DNA from: Octopus bimaculoides
Taxonomy: Eukaryota
DNA: 56,628 nucleotides
NCBI RefSeq assembly: GCF_001194135.2
Contig: NC_069003.1
Location: forward strand, 35,542,729 to 35,599,356
Reading direction: 5' to 3'
The position numbers were made by a program, and so were the translations under genes. Below are positions 26,604 to 43,100 of the stretch, piece after piece. The notes beneath the pieces were generated by a model that was given only the letters and a program-made list of their open reading frames with translations, was not told the origin of the DNA and did no database searches. How positions within the stretch are numbered: position 1 is the first letter of the stretch; each line of letters begins with the position of its first letter.

Positions 26604-27996
26604 TCTCTCTCTCTCTCTCGCTTTGTATCTATTTTTGTCTTTCTCTGTGTATGTGTGTGAGAGAGAGAGAGAGTGAGTGTGTGCGTGTGTGTGCAAACAT
26701 ACACATTTACTTTTGCATATATGTATATATGCATCTACATTTACGTATACATATACAAAGACATGTATATATGTATGCGTATTTATATGTTACTTAATTT
26801 TAAATATTCATTGGTTTTCCAATCACACAAACAGTGTCAGTATCACATCTGTAACAGCGTTTGTCTTCGATTTCGTTCCAGAAATAAAGCATTACATAGG
26901 AGATTGATATTTTAGGCATCGCATCGATTGATCTGGTATATCATTATACTCCAAAGCAAGATGTAAGATCAGACTTCTTTATAATAATTTCCCTTATGCT
27001 TATTATACAAAATCATGGCGAAAAGCTTAATTAGTAAAATTTCCATAAATCAATTGTATTTCACTGAGCAACTGAGCAACTGAGCAAACATATCCAGAAT
27101 GTACGTGAGTAAATACACCACCGGAATTGTTTAACAGATAGATAAGTTCTTTGTAACGTTGTCACAGAATATACACTTTGGAAGAAAAGCACAATCCATT
27201 AACCAAATCGCATGTTTAACTGGTATTTACTATATACATACTGGAGAGTTGAAAGAAAGAAAAAGTTGATCTTAATTTGAACTCAGAATAAAAAGAAATG
27301 GAACAAAATATGGTTTGCAACATGTGCCTGTCTTGCTGGCCGTCACCGTTCGGAATAAAAATTGTTAATTTCATAATTACTTTCATTACAGTTATATTTA
27401 TATTATGTATCAGAGTTTTAAATGAGCCAAAACAGCTTTATAAAATAATAGTTACTTATATATAAAAATTAAAAAAACAACATAAATGCATTGCCAGTTT
27501 GTCGGAACTTATCTTAGTTGAACCCACAAAATATATGTTCCACGTACTGCGTCTGATGAAACACACTCTTAGCTTTGATTTTATACTCTGCCTTTATCCA
27601 TAAGGAGCAACGATATATTAGGACCCGGAGTTATTTTGATTATGGCTACAGTTAGTTATATCGACTTCAATACTTGTCTGGTACTTATTTTATTGAGCTC
27701 CCGATAATCACTCCGGCAAGAACTATTCGGATAGAATGGGGCATGCCAATTCTAGGCCGAAACAGCTGTAAGATTAAACTTCTGTTCATTCTCTAATTCC
27801 TTATGTACTTTGTACTTCTATCTGTAAACCCGATTGGCAAAATAACATGGTTTGTCATAAACACCTGTACTTTGTTGTTTTTTTTTTTTTTTGTCACTTT
27901 AGCTATGAATTAAATCAATGAATTCAACGGGATACACTGTCTGCAAGTAGTTGCGTTCAGCATATTATCCTCTATTTTCTAATTCANNNNNNNNNN

Positions 27997-28031
<35 letters not shown>

Positions 28032-28686
28032 AGTACAATATATAAACTTACATTTACTTTTAGCTTGTTCTTCCTGCACAGTAGAACGTGAAAAGATTTT
28101 GTCTAGCCAAAATATTCTTTCCTATTGACTTAGCGTGTAAAAACACATTGAGCCAAACTTCAAATGACATCAGAAGACTGGTAGAGACGATGTTTCGGCG
28201 TGATTTCTCCTCCTCAATTATAGATTCCATCTCGTTTATTTGAAGCTAAAGCAAAACTTCTACTTAGTTGAGTCTGACAGATGAGCAAAGATGTTGGAGG
28301 CTACAAACGTTTCAGGTCTCAAGCAAGCGGATTTCCCCCCATGTAACTTAACATACACACAAATATACATGGACATGTACATATGAATACACTTGTAGAC
28401 ATACAGTTAAATAACCATACATAGACAATCACATGCGAGCACACATGTATACACACTACAGAATGACAAGACAGTCATGCTTAAGTGTGTATAGACACAT
28501 GATACTCGACATTCTGCAGGAAAGTAACAATCAGCCGCTTCACCACGCAGGCTTGTTCCTGATCACAGCGATGGTGTGAGCATGTACAAGTGAAACTCTT
28601 TTGCGTGATTACCAATAGCCAGTCTCGGATTATGCGATCGTTGACCTTACACAAACAAATCTACACAGGCACACACACACACACAC

Positions 28687-28723
<37 letters not shown>

Positions 28724-29222
28724 TGGAGGTACACATGGATGCACGCACACACATACACACATGCACACGCACACACACAGATACACATACATACACACAC
28801 ACATACACACACAAACACACATTCCATACATACAACTAAATATTTCCACATATATACATTCATATAATACATATTTTCATTTATACGGACTGACAGACTG
28901 ACAGATGGACAGACACACTGACAGACAGATATATATATATATATATATAGACAGACAGACAGACAGGCAGATAGACATATAGATGGATAGATAGATAAAT
29001 AGACAAATAGATAGACAAATAGACAGACAGACAGACAGACAGATAGATAGATAGACGGACAAACACATGAATAGCGGCATTTTATTGTCGCGGACGCGCG
29101 TCACACACATGGATACATGACTGGACACACACATCTATCTATCTATATATATATATATACATATACACACATACAAACACTTACATACACACACACGTGT
29201 GTATGCATGTATATATGTATGT

Positions 29223-29287
<65 letters not shown>

Positions 29288-29899
29288 GCAATATTGCTAG
29301 TCATTTTGCATTAAACATTCCAAAACGCTTGTTCATTCAGGCAAAGCGAACGTGCAGCCAATTCATTAACATTATCTGTTATTGGAGTCAGCGAAGCAAT
29401 TCATTAGATCTTTGATAATATTTTGATATTAGATATGTCGGTTGATTTTATCTGGAAAAATATATCGCATGGCATTATCAAACTGAGTACACACTGAAAG
29501 AATTTTTTTATCGAATACTTTAGAAAAACAAATTTCTTTATATTTCCTCTTTTATAAAAGCCACATTCCACAGCCATTTTATTGCAAAATGTTTTCATCC
29601 TCTATATGATGTATGACAGGACATCGTGTATGTGTGGCTGTGAGCGCGTGTGAGTAAGTGTATATGAGCATGTTTGAGTGAGTGCGTGTGTATTTTTTCT
29701 TTAATTTGTTTTCATTTTCTCTATAATAACTTTTATAATTATATTCCCTACACTTATCGTGTTTTGACTATTAAGTGAGGTGAGGTCATCAATTAGAAAT
29801 GAATTAATCTTCGTGATTCTTCTCATTCACATTTTCCTAGTGAATGGCAAGAAATTGCCTCTATCTTTCGTGATTCTCTGTTTCTGTCGCTCTGTCTCA

Positions 29900-32921
<3,022 letters not shown>

Positions 32922-34562
32922 AATATTTTAACTGAGAGGTTGAGAGTGAAGATTTCTTTAGCACTTTTTTGTAGTGTTTTAGAATTATATTTTTAGGAAA
33001 TATACCTTTCTTGAAATAATTTTGCTGATAAATAAAAAATGCTTTGAATGAACAATTTTACTGTGTACGAATCGTTAATTCAGAAGATCATCGGCAAAAA
33101 TTAGTGATTTCTTTTTGTTTTATTAGGTTCATATGTATTTTAGTTGATGACGAGAAAATCATCATTTGTAAAGTCTCAGACACTTCACGCCAACGTTAAA
33201 CGATACAGTTCACTAAATAGGTACAGGGTGAATTTTGTAGGTGAGAAATTAAATGCGTGTAGTAAATCAGTATTATACTAGTACAAATTTTACTGGAGGA
33301 AGCTGAGGTTCCCCTTGGTCACTTCGTAGAAGCTATCGGTAGAACATCATTAATATTTTGCACCATTTTCGCGTTTATCTGTTTCTTTTGAAATGCGTTT
33401 AAAAAGGATTAAAATGAATGAAATACATTAGCAAATTTTTATATCAGATGGGAAACATAACATCGTAGCTATGAGATTTTTCGGACATCGTAAATATCAG
33501 TTCAGACATTTTGGAAATGGATAGTCGACGATTATGAATCCGGATGACTGGAGGGAAAGCTGTATTTTTAACATAATAAAAATTTATCAAATAAACCCTC
33601 AAAGGTGTAAGGGAGAAAACTCACATTTAAGAGTGGTAGTATTATTTATATTCATGACATTCTAACAAGGGCACAAACCGTTTCAAGTGATAGGATACAG
33701 TTGTATAGTTGACATATGGAAATGAAATACAGAAATAGGCACCAAACGAAAGGTATAGATTCATTTGAATGTGTGCCTCTTCGTTCTATGCTGAAGCCTT
33801 CACGTTTTTTGTGAAAATATTGTTAAAATAAATATCAGTAATATACGTTCTACCAAACACCAATTTATTGCGCGAGGTGACAAAAAAAATATAGATGACA
33901 AATGCTAGATTCGAATGCATAACTGTGATTCAACAAATGTTGGAAATGAATTTAATGAGAATAATAACGGTGGCGAAACGAGAGTGGGTGTTATTCATAT
34001 TCCGCAGCATTACCATCCAGAAATTCTCACGTGAGATTGCCACCAAGTCGCTTTCTTTCACGCTCTTCGGAAAATGAGTTCAAAATGATTTCAATAGATA
34101 ATACTTCTTCTTTGTAGAAACGGTTTCTACTATCATAGAAACATGATGTACGAGGATGTAAACAAAACAGCACCGTTTGTCCAACTGTAGGATACAAGAT
34201 AAACTCAGAAACACACACATGCCCACGCGCTGATGCAACCACATACGTACATATACACACCCACAAGCACATGCTCTCATACATACAGGTGTTAAGTGTC
34301 CCACCCGTGAGGGTGTGTGTGTGTGTGTGTATATATGTATGTATGTATATATATATGTATTTGTGTGTGTGTCTTTGTCCCCCCCCCCTCTGTCGCTTGG
34401 AGACCGACAGAATAAGTACTAAGCTTACTAAGAATAGGTCCTGAGACAAAGGTAAACACATACACATAAATATATACACATAGATATATACACATGTATA
34501 TATATACATGTATATATATACACATAAATATATACACGTATATATATACATGTATATATATA

Positions 34563-34690
34563 CGACAGGCGTCTTCTAATCTTTGTCTACTAAATCCACA
34601 AACAAGGATTTGCGCAAGGTGCCACACAGCGGGACTGATGCCGGAACCATATGTTTGAGACGCAAGCTTCTTACCACACACCCACGCTTG
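34563..34690 (-). mobile_element. SINE family A head (old copy)
   Basis: Diverged reverse-complement match to 55156-55320. Confidence 0.75.
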
Positions 34691-34720
34691 GGAACAGACA
34701 CACACACACACACACATATA

Positions 34721-34865
34721 CCGGAGTAAGCACATAAATGTGAAACAAGGTGGGAAAAAAAAAGAGTACTCGAATACCAGAGGTAGAGTAATATGCTTTA
34801 TTTAAAAGCAGCAGAAATATAACAAAAGCTGTTACTCAGAGTCTCACCGTCAGACTGTTTAAATA
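34721..34865 (-). mobile_element. Probable Penelope-type 3' end or pseudo-LTR remnant
   Basis: The minus strand reads ..gtctgacggtgagactctgagtaacag..ttttaaataaagcatattactc... A ctgacg..ga(a)ac motif followed by AATAAA is typical of PLE ends. The assignment is from memory. Confidence 0.4.
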
Positions 34866-35183
34866 ATACATACACGCGCGCGCGCGTGTATATATATAAA
34901 TATATATATCTATATTGAGAGAGAGAGGGAGGGAGAGAGAGAGAGAGAGAAGGAGAGAGAAAAAGGGTGAAAGTAGGTGTATGCGTGTGAATGTGTGTGT
35001 GTGCATGCGCGTGTATAAATACACACACACACACACACATATATACATACATATATACCCCCCCCCACTCATAAATTATTCTCTTATTCTGTTACGCGTT
35101 TCCTCATCGGACTGCAGCTGTGGTAGACACCACCTACCGGAGTTATTAACTGATCAAACTGAACGCGTTACTTATCCTGATAA

Positions 35184-35397
35184 GGCGGCGCGCTGGCAGA
35201 GTGGTTAGCGCGCCGGGCGAAATGCTGAGCAGCATTTCGTCTGCGTTTTACGTTCTGAGTTCAAATTCCGCTGAGGTCGACTTTGCCTTTCATCCTTTCG
35301 GAGTCGATAAATTAAGTACCAGTTGCGTATTGGGTCGATCTAATGGACTGGCTCCCTCCCACAAAATTTCGGGCCTTGTACCTAGAGTAGAAAAGAT
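35184..35397 (+). mobile_element. SINE family C, tRNA-derived
   Basis: Box A (tggcagagtgg) and box B (gagttcaaattcc), followed by gtcgactttgcctttcatcctttcgg(a)gtcgataa. A second copy lies at 36405. This copy runs into an N gap. Confidence 0.85.
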
Positions 35398-35494
35398 NNN
35401 NNNNNNNATGCACATACGCGCGCACAAGCACTCATAAACGTACGCACACATACACCCAGACGTGCGCTTACACACGTTCATACACGCACATATT

Positions 35495-35534
<40 letters not shown>

Positions 35535-35558
35535 TACACACAGCGCGGGCGTGCGCGT

Positions 35559-35850
35559 GTGAGCATTAAGAATGGAATCAAATTCATCATTGTGAAATTT
35601 ATGTTGACTGCGATGTATGGAGTTGACCATCCGAAAGTTGATACTGACCGGCTGTACTTGAGAAGAGACCAGAGCGGAAGAGGCTTAATATCAGTAGAAG
35701 AATATGTACAGATGGAAAGAAAAACGTCTAGTAGAGTATTTACGGAGCAGCACAGAGAAACTGTTAAGGACAGTGAATACAGAACAGATGATGAAATGCG
35801 CAATAGGAGAAAAGGACAAGAATGAAATACAAAGAGAGCACGTCAAACAG
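35559..35850 (+). mobile_element. R4/Dong-like LINE fragment just downstream of the RT domain
   Basis: MLTAMYGVDHPKVDTDRLYLRRDQSGRGLISVEEYVQMERK, then after a frameshift RLVEYLRSSTEKLL. HPK.D.DRLY.PR..GGRGL is an established R4-clade motif. Confidence 0.85.
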
Positions 35851-36404
35851 ATTGAAGAGGGGCAGAGCTTGATCAGATACTCCCTGCCTGCCATGCGCGA
35901 CACCTTCACAGTTAACAGTTCCAGTTCCGTTAGAGCAGTTGTGTTTCCTACTTAATTTTGACGTTACTCATTTAGAGATAACATTTGTAAGGTTGTGCAG
36001 TCACCAGTATTTTTATTGTGACACCATCACTATGTGGGTTGTTAGACAAGGTTCTGTGAGTCCACACCTACCTTCGTGTGCGCTGCTTTTAGCGCCATTC
36101 TCGTCTATTACATTGTTTTATATCTTTGTATTTGACATTTTCACTCCTTAGAATTTTGGTGTTGAGGTGACTCAACCATCGGTATTTTTATTGAGACATC
36201 TTCTCTAGAGGGGTTGCCGACCAAGTCTAAAGGGACTCCGCCTCCCATGAGAAAGGATTAGCCTCACCAGACGCCAACCTGTATTTCTAGGTCTCGGGGT
36301 AGGATTACAGGTACTACATTTTATCCAACGGTGACCGAAGGTAATTGTGGTTAAGGGTAACCTTGTTCTTCCCACATCGTGAGTCCACAACCGAATGCAA
36401 AATG

Positions 36405-36611
36405 AGGCGAGCTGGCAGGATCGTTAGCGCGCTGAACAAAACGCTTAGTGGTATTTCGCCCGTCGCTACGTTGTCAGCTCAAATTCCGCCAGGATCGACT
36501 TTGCCTTTCATCCTTTCGGGGTCGATAAAACAAGTACCATTTGAATACTGGGATTGATAGAATCGACTCATCGCCTCCCCCAAAATGGCTGTCCTTGTGG
36601 CAAAATTTGAA

Positions 36612-36664
<53 letters not shown>

Positions 36665-36680
36665 CACTACTACTACTATA
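36405..36680 (+). mobile_element. SINE family C copy with (TAC)n tail
   Basis: Homologous to 35184-35397 and ends in about 22 TAC units. Confidence 0.85.
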
Positions 36681-36914
36681 TACACACACATGTACTAAAA
36701 TTTCGTTCTAACGAAGAAGCTCAAGCACTCAGTTGTGAGTGCATTGCATCTTATAGCAGAACCAGCTGAAAGCTAATGAGGTTCATTAGATAATTTCTTG
36801 TTTCCTTGACATATATTTTGATTACACACACACAAACATACACACACACATATGTATATATCTGTGAAGGGAGAGAAAGAGAAAGATACGTAGGTATATA
36901 TATATATATATATG

Positions 36915-37165
36915 TATTTATGTACCCAACACCGGTTGTCATATGTATGTGTGTGTTTGTGTTTGTCCTCTCATCACCACTTGACAACTGGTGTTGGTGT
37001 GTTTACGTCTCCGTAACTTAACGGTTCAGCAAAATAGACAGTAGAATAATACTAGTCTTACAAAATAGATCCTGGGGTCAATTTGTTCGACTAAAACACT
37101 TCAAGGTAGTGCTCCAGCATGGACGCAGTCAAATGAGTGAAACGAGTAAAAGAATGAAAGAATAA
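36915..37165 (+). mobile_element. SINE family A, 3' half
   Basis: Matches 55370-55580 (gtttacgtc.ccgtaactta.cggttc.gcaaaa..gtgctccagcatgg.cgcagtcaaatga). Confidence 0.85.
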
Positions 37166-37186
37166 GATGTGTGTATGTGTGTGTGC

Positions 37187-37234
<48 letters not shown>

Positions 37235-38973
37235 GGAAGCTGTAGATTTTCACACATTTCAGAATTTCAATCTTCAGTGTTTCATTTAACTGATCATTTG
37301 ACAGAAGTGAAATTTTGGAATAATACAGGTCTTTTTAGAGACCATAATAGAAATCGGCTGCTAGACAAGCAAATGAACATTTAAAGTTGATTCGATTGGT
37401 TGTGATATTTCCTGAATGAATGGAATCAGTTGGAAAATGCGATTAACTGTTGCCGCAAAAAATATGAGTTATGCTCCCTTCGACTGTAGATGTCATAATT
37501 AAACTAGATGTAGCATAGTTTAATAGAGAGGTGTCCAAAGTTTTCGAGATAGCTGCTCAATTTGGAGAGGGTGGTGTTCTCCAATTCGCCGAAACAAATT
37601 TGTCCATATACTTGCATTTGTTGAAAATTCGTTCCAGATCCGAAATGTTACTATTAAGCAAATGATAAAGTGCCATACTATTTATTTTTGGTTCTATTTC
37701 TTTATAATCTGAATTGAAATACTAGTGAAATAACTTTATTTTTATCGCATTTTGACCGAATAAATATCAATCGTCTACAATACTCTTCATCAATCGTCTA
37801 CAATACTCGTATTTGTAGCAGCTAACATATCTGGCCTCCTCGTATTCTTTTAGGAAAGAAGATAAAAACACCCTTTACTCCACAAGTCCTCGTGCTTCAA
37901 TGGTACGTTTTTACTAGGAAATTGGAACAAGTGGATACACGGTCCTATCTTCGTCGATGTTATACAGTTAATAAAAATACAATAACTGGATCTGTTTAAT
38001 CATTATTACGAATAACATTCTGGTGAATAGTGCACAGTAAGAAGCAAATTTTGTGACTTTGCCATTCATCTTTCGATGAAATAAATATCAATATCAACGA
38101 TGTAGTGAAGTGGATTCATTTGCGATATTTCTTTCCTGCAAAACAGTTTTTCATGGTTTGTTGTAATTTTGACAGGCGCGAGAAGTAAACGACAGAGTTC
38201 CGCTTTTTAACAGCATATATTTCATTCGTCACTAATATCATTGGAAAATGAATGAATGCCAGAAAATCTCGTTTCCTTGTACTGTGAATCGTGTGCTTTG
38301 TGCTCATGTAAAAATTATTGCCTTTTATTGAGTCTGCTAGTTTACAAATCACTCAAGCCAACACAACGCAAGGACTTCTAACAACTAACAATTCCTAAAT
38401 TTCAAATTAAATTGATTATGGGATGTTGTACTCGCTTATTGGTAGTGAATTTGAATAGCTAATATAAAATAATGGATCGCAAACAAAAGCTCTTTCCGCT
38501 GGCGATCTCGCTTTATACAATTAAGCATCTCTCTCATCTCTCCCATCTCTAACATATTGGTCTATCCATTTCCCTTCATGTTTTGCTGTCATTTTCATGG
38601 CTGCTGTTCAAACGCATTCTTATTGTGTTTTCTCAACCAGCCATATAACCAGTCAATGTGCCTAACTCGACTGACACTTAATTGTAACTTTACTTCACTG
38701 CTCTCTTTCATTAATATTTCTGTTTATATTGATTTTCTTTATTTCAACCAGACAGATATTGATTTCTACTATTTCGTCTAGTCAAATAAATAAATAAATA
38801 TATATATAAATATATAAATAAATAATATGAAATGAAAAAATGAATTATATTTGAAATATTTAAACGGTTCTGGACAGTGTATTTTCAGAATAAAATACAT
38901 GCCATCTTCAGAAAAGCAGAACATTTTTTTTTAACATTTTTACAATCATAAATGTATTATTTCACATGGTACA

Positions 38974-39044
<71 letters not shown>

Positions 39045-39062
39045 NNNNNNNNNNTATATGTG

Positions 39063-39108
<46 letters not shown>

Positions 39109-39299
39109 TACATGCACATATGTATGTATATACAGGTATATATATATATATATACATACACATCCATCCATCCATCCATCCATCCATACATACATACATA
39201 CATACATACATACATACATACATACATACATTCATCGAAGCCATTCTCCATGTGTTCGTTCAGTGTCTGATCACGTCTGACATGTGACTATTTGTCGAT

Positions 39300-39546
39300 C
39301 AGCTGATGTTACATGTACGTCAGATCCGCTTGTCCGTTAAGTCTTACATGAAACCTCCCGCGCCACCTTCTACTAGAAGGAAAGAGAATGCACTTTATCT
39401 CAGTAAAGCGGAAATGACGTCAAAATGACGTTAGATTAGATTAAAAAGAATGAGTGCAAGGATTTTCTTCTCCAGCGTGACGCATGAGGTGGAGCTGAGG
39501 GTGGAGAATTAGTTGCAGCCTTTCAGCAAAATGGCCGAATGTAAGG
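39300..39546 (+). promoter_or_regulatory. Candidate promoter and first exon of an unidentified gene
   Basis: GCGGAAATGACGTCA (ETS-like site overlapping a CRE) at 39408-39422, CRE half-sites at 39317, 39426 and 39478, a YY1-like CAAAATGGCC at 39527 containing ATG 39531 in caaaATGg context, and a donor-like gtaagg at 39541. The region is locally CpG-rich and not repeat-derived as far as I can tell. Confidence 0.45.
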
Positions 39547-39999
39547 TGAAGTGAGAAGTACGACTTTGTTGAATAGCTTATTCTGAATATGTGACCAGAT
39601 ATCACAATTGAAAGAGTAGAAGAGCTCTAGATAATCAGGGCTCATGATATTTGTGGAACTTTGAACTGTTCTTAGCTTGCTGTTTTCATTTTGGAATATT
39701 TATGTTTTTTTTTTTAATATCAGTTTAATTTGGTGATTTCTATTCCTTGTTTCCCGTAACACTCGCTGTAAACTCCAACTGTTTAGTAATTTGTCATAGC
39801 AATGTACTCCATCTACCGTCCTTGCAGAAATATAAGTAACTATGATTATTAATATGTCTTCTACAGGTTCGTGTGGACTTCAGTTGTACTACTAGATTAC
39901 ATGTCAGTTTTTTCTGAAGTATGGGTAGTATTGTTCTTGAAGGTGTAGAAATGCATTTATTGTGCAGATTTCCATTGTTTCTCTTTTGAGTAATAGTGC

Positions 40000-41250
40000 C
40001 TGAGGGTCAGTCTGAGGGTTTACATAATGCTTGTTTTATCTTCTTCGTCGTATATTACGGCCGCCAAAGCAAGGCGATATTCACTTCTGGTAATATCTCA
40101 ACCATCTTTCTTTTCACAAACCTCCGATTGAGGTATGACGGAATCAACAGCAGGTCGTCGCTTTCTAGAGTTATGGCCGCATTTTCATTAGCTTATTGGG
40201 AAGCTCACCTAATCTGTGCTAAAGCATTTTCCTCAAGCGACATGGATTTTATACCCAATACTGGTTTCAGGCATTTTTCTATCTGCGCTTGCGTTGCTCG
40301 CTCAAGTCACTTCATTTTAATTGTAATTCATTTTTGCAAATTGTCTTTTCGTCCCTTCTAATAATTCTGCCATTCTTTGTGAAATTTATTTTTGCATCTC
40401 TTAGACTTTTTTCCGCAAGTATTACTGACTCTCGTCTTCAGCATATACGAAACCGTTTCCGTTTTGTTACCAAATTTCACTGGTAGCTGTTTTTATTTTC
40501 TCAATGTTTGAGCTGATGAACGTGGTGGTGGTGGTGGGGGCTGTGTTTGCATCATTGTTCTCGTTGTCTTGTTTGTCACTGCTACTGTTCCTGTTATTTT
40601 TTGTTATGGTGTGATTTGTGATTGTAGTGTTGCAGTCACTAACATTATTATTTGCGTATTTCTTGCTGCTATTGTTGTTATTGCTGTTGATGTAGTTATA
40701 TATACATTTCCAGTCAATTGTAGTAGGTAGTGGAGGGAAACTATTTTCATAATGACTCTTCCAAGAGTCATTACCCCAACTCGATTTGGGAAGCCATAGT
40801 GTTTTTTGTTTTCAATTATGGAATTTAGTAATTTAAGAATCTACAGTTTCACAATAGTTTGAGAGAGTACTGGCTGGTTTCTTTACAAAAATACGGATAT
40901 AAATCTAACATACATAGCATTCTTTAAAACAACAAATTTCTACTATAAATCAGGAGCTTCGAACAGGCATAATAATAATAATAATAATAATGATAATAAT
41001 AATAATAATAATAATAATAAGAGTTTGCGGTGTGTTTCTCTTGGGTTGGCTTACTTAATGCAAAGTAATAAGCGTAAATTACTTCTTTATATTCTTCCCG
41101 GTTCCATTTAATTCTTTTACATTTTTGATTTTGTGGTCGTTGTGGTGGTGAACTTTGGGGGCTTAATTTGGGACAAATCCCGTCTAAGTGACCTTCCAGG
41201 TTCGTTTTCGGGGAAGATATTCTGCCATTTGAAAATTTTTCGTCGTCAGG
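40000..41250 (-). mobile_element. Decayed N-terminal region of an R4-like LINE ORF, interrupted by (TAA)n
   Basis: KRIKWNREEYKEVIYAYYFAL resembles the R4-clade N-terminal KW..EEN..V..CYY motif. The downstream part is riddled with stops and only weakly recognisable. Confidence 0.5.
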
Positions 41251-41424
41251 CTGACAGATTCCTGACAGGCGCGCTTCCATTATAACCATTGGACAAGCGA
41301 TTTGGTGTACTGTTTGAATTTTTTTTTTTTTAAGTAAAGTTAAATTATTAAATTTTCATTTTTTTAAAATTTTATTTTACAAATTTTTTTATATATATAT
41401 TTTTTTTTTTGTACTGAAACCTAT

Positions 41425-41708
41425 TTGAAAATGATAACAGGCTTACCATCCCTACAGGAAGTGCAAAAAATCGTGCTAACTGGAACGACTCATGTACTGA
41501 GAAGAGCATTATCGCTGTGAATACAACATCCATTCATGAATTTTTTGTTTTTGTTTTCTTAAATATATGTTTTACCTGTGAATTTGCGTGTGTAAACTGG
41601 GAATGCATACAACGAGTTTCTCTGCCCTAAGTGTACGGAAAACACTCGGCGAGAAATGGAAGAAAATTTGAAGAAAAAAGAAGAAAAAACAACATAATAA
41701 TAATAATT
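41425..41708 (+). mobile_element. REL-LINE 3' terminus with 3' UTR and (TAA)n tail
   Basis: MITGLPSLQEVQKIVLTGTTHVLRRALSL* matches the QK.VLLGT..ILR C-terminus of R4-like ORFs, followed by a UTR and ataataataataat. Confidence 0.8.
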
Positions 41709-41729
41709 TTCTTTATTAACCACTGAGGA

Positions 41730-42790
41730 CTAATTTTAAAAGATTTGGGACGCTACAGGACAATACAATGCAATTAGAGTGGGATTCAAGTGTGTAAATA
41801 ATGAATAACAATGAAAGTTCAAACAATTAAAATCCTCAAAAGAGGGAGACTTCAAAGGGCTGTTCGTGGAACCATCACAAAAAACCACGATCATGCTAAC
41901 CTCTAGGGCAAGTACCTTTCCCTCTTCATCTGTCCTAGATTTAGAGTAGACCCATTCATTCGGGCCATTCGCGCTACATTCACCCACCTTTTAACAAAAT
42001 CGCTAGGAGGCAGCACTTACTTCTCTGCCTTAACTTTTCTTTTTAAGCGAAACTTGAAAAATTTGATGATGATTTGGTTGCCAAAGAGGAAAATGTTTGT
42101 CTTCACTCCTTTCAGCCTGATCCACCACACAGCCTCTTTCGCTAAGGCCACCAGACAATGAAACACTGCCTGCCCTTCCGACAAAAGGAAGGCGGCGGGA
42201 CAATACTCGCGACGGACTCAGCCGATAGCCTGATCCATCCTAAACTCGAGATCAGTAGTTCGACATGAACCCACAAATCAGCAATGTTCGAGCATGGGAT
42301 GAGAGTGTACAGAACAATTTCGTCGCACTGTGTGCATCTCGAGCAAGCCCGGCTGACGGCACTTCCATAGCAGTAGAACAGGCCGGTGCTCAATCTCCCT
42401 GAGGATGTTGTCGCACTTGCCCACCACTAACCCTCTATAGAACGTCCGAACTTCCACCGACCGCATTGCCCAACACACAGAGGGTTGTGAGTGCCCGTTG
42501 ACATTATAGTTGCCAAGCGCCCTGCCTCGGTCTACGTTGATCCAGAACCGCAGTTCAGACAAAGAGACGAGCTGTGGAAAATCCCGTCTGACAAACGGCG
42601 ACCAGATCTGGTCACCGTCTGGGAAAAGCGGAGATGTTGCAGCCTCAGCGCATGCCGGCGTATCAGCAGCCATGCCATACCTAGCTCTCCATTCAGCAAG
42701 TATTGACAGCAAATGGAGCGCATGACCAGTGGAACGCTTCGCTTTCACAGAAAGCCACTACATCTACACTTAGTGACCTGAGGTCGTTAG
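41730..42790 (-). mobile_element. Tx1/L1-clade LINE 3' fragment
   Basis: Frameshifted ORF2 C-terminus with a decayed zinc knuckle (SAVSRACSRCTQCDEIVLYTLIPC, compare C.RC...ET..H....C), then LW..VE.L and VW..R.KG..RW, followed by a 3' UTR. Confidence 0.75.
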
Positions 42791-42927
42791 TTAGATGACT
42801 ATTTCCACCTGCATTTTTATACCACCTATCCTAAGTAAGGCCATCTCAGATTAAGGAAAAGACGCGGTAAAAGTTACTAAGGGTGTGGCCTCGCTATACG
42901 CAGACCACACGCCACTAGTAGGTCCTT

Positions 42928-42990
<63 letters not shown>

Positions 42991-42995
42991 GTCTG

Positions 42996-43100
<105 letters not shown>

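Noticed and set aside
27063-27087. (ACTGAGCA)x3 and the 20-bp tandem duplication at 37766-37808
   Set aside because: These are simple slippage duplications with no spacers. They are not CRISPR-like, and the DNA is eukaryotic.
37500-37690. Minus-strand stretch WHFIICLIVTFRIWNEF.. resembling a Wnt signal peptide
   Set aside because: It has no in-frame ATG, no splice donor and no Wnt cysteine pattern.
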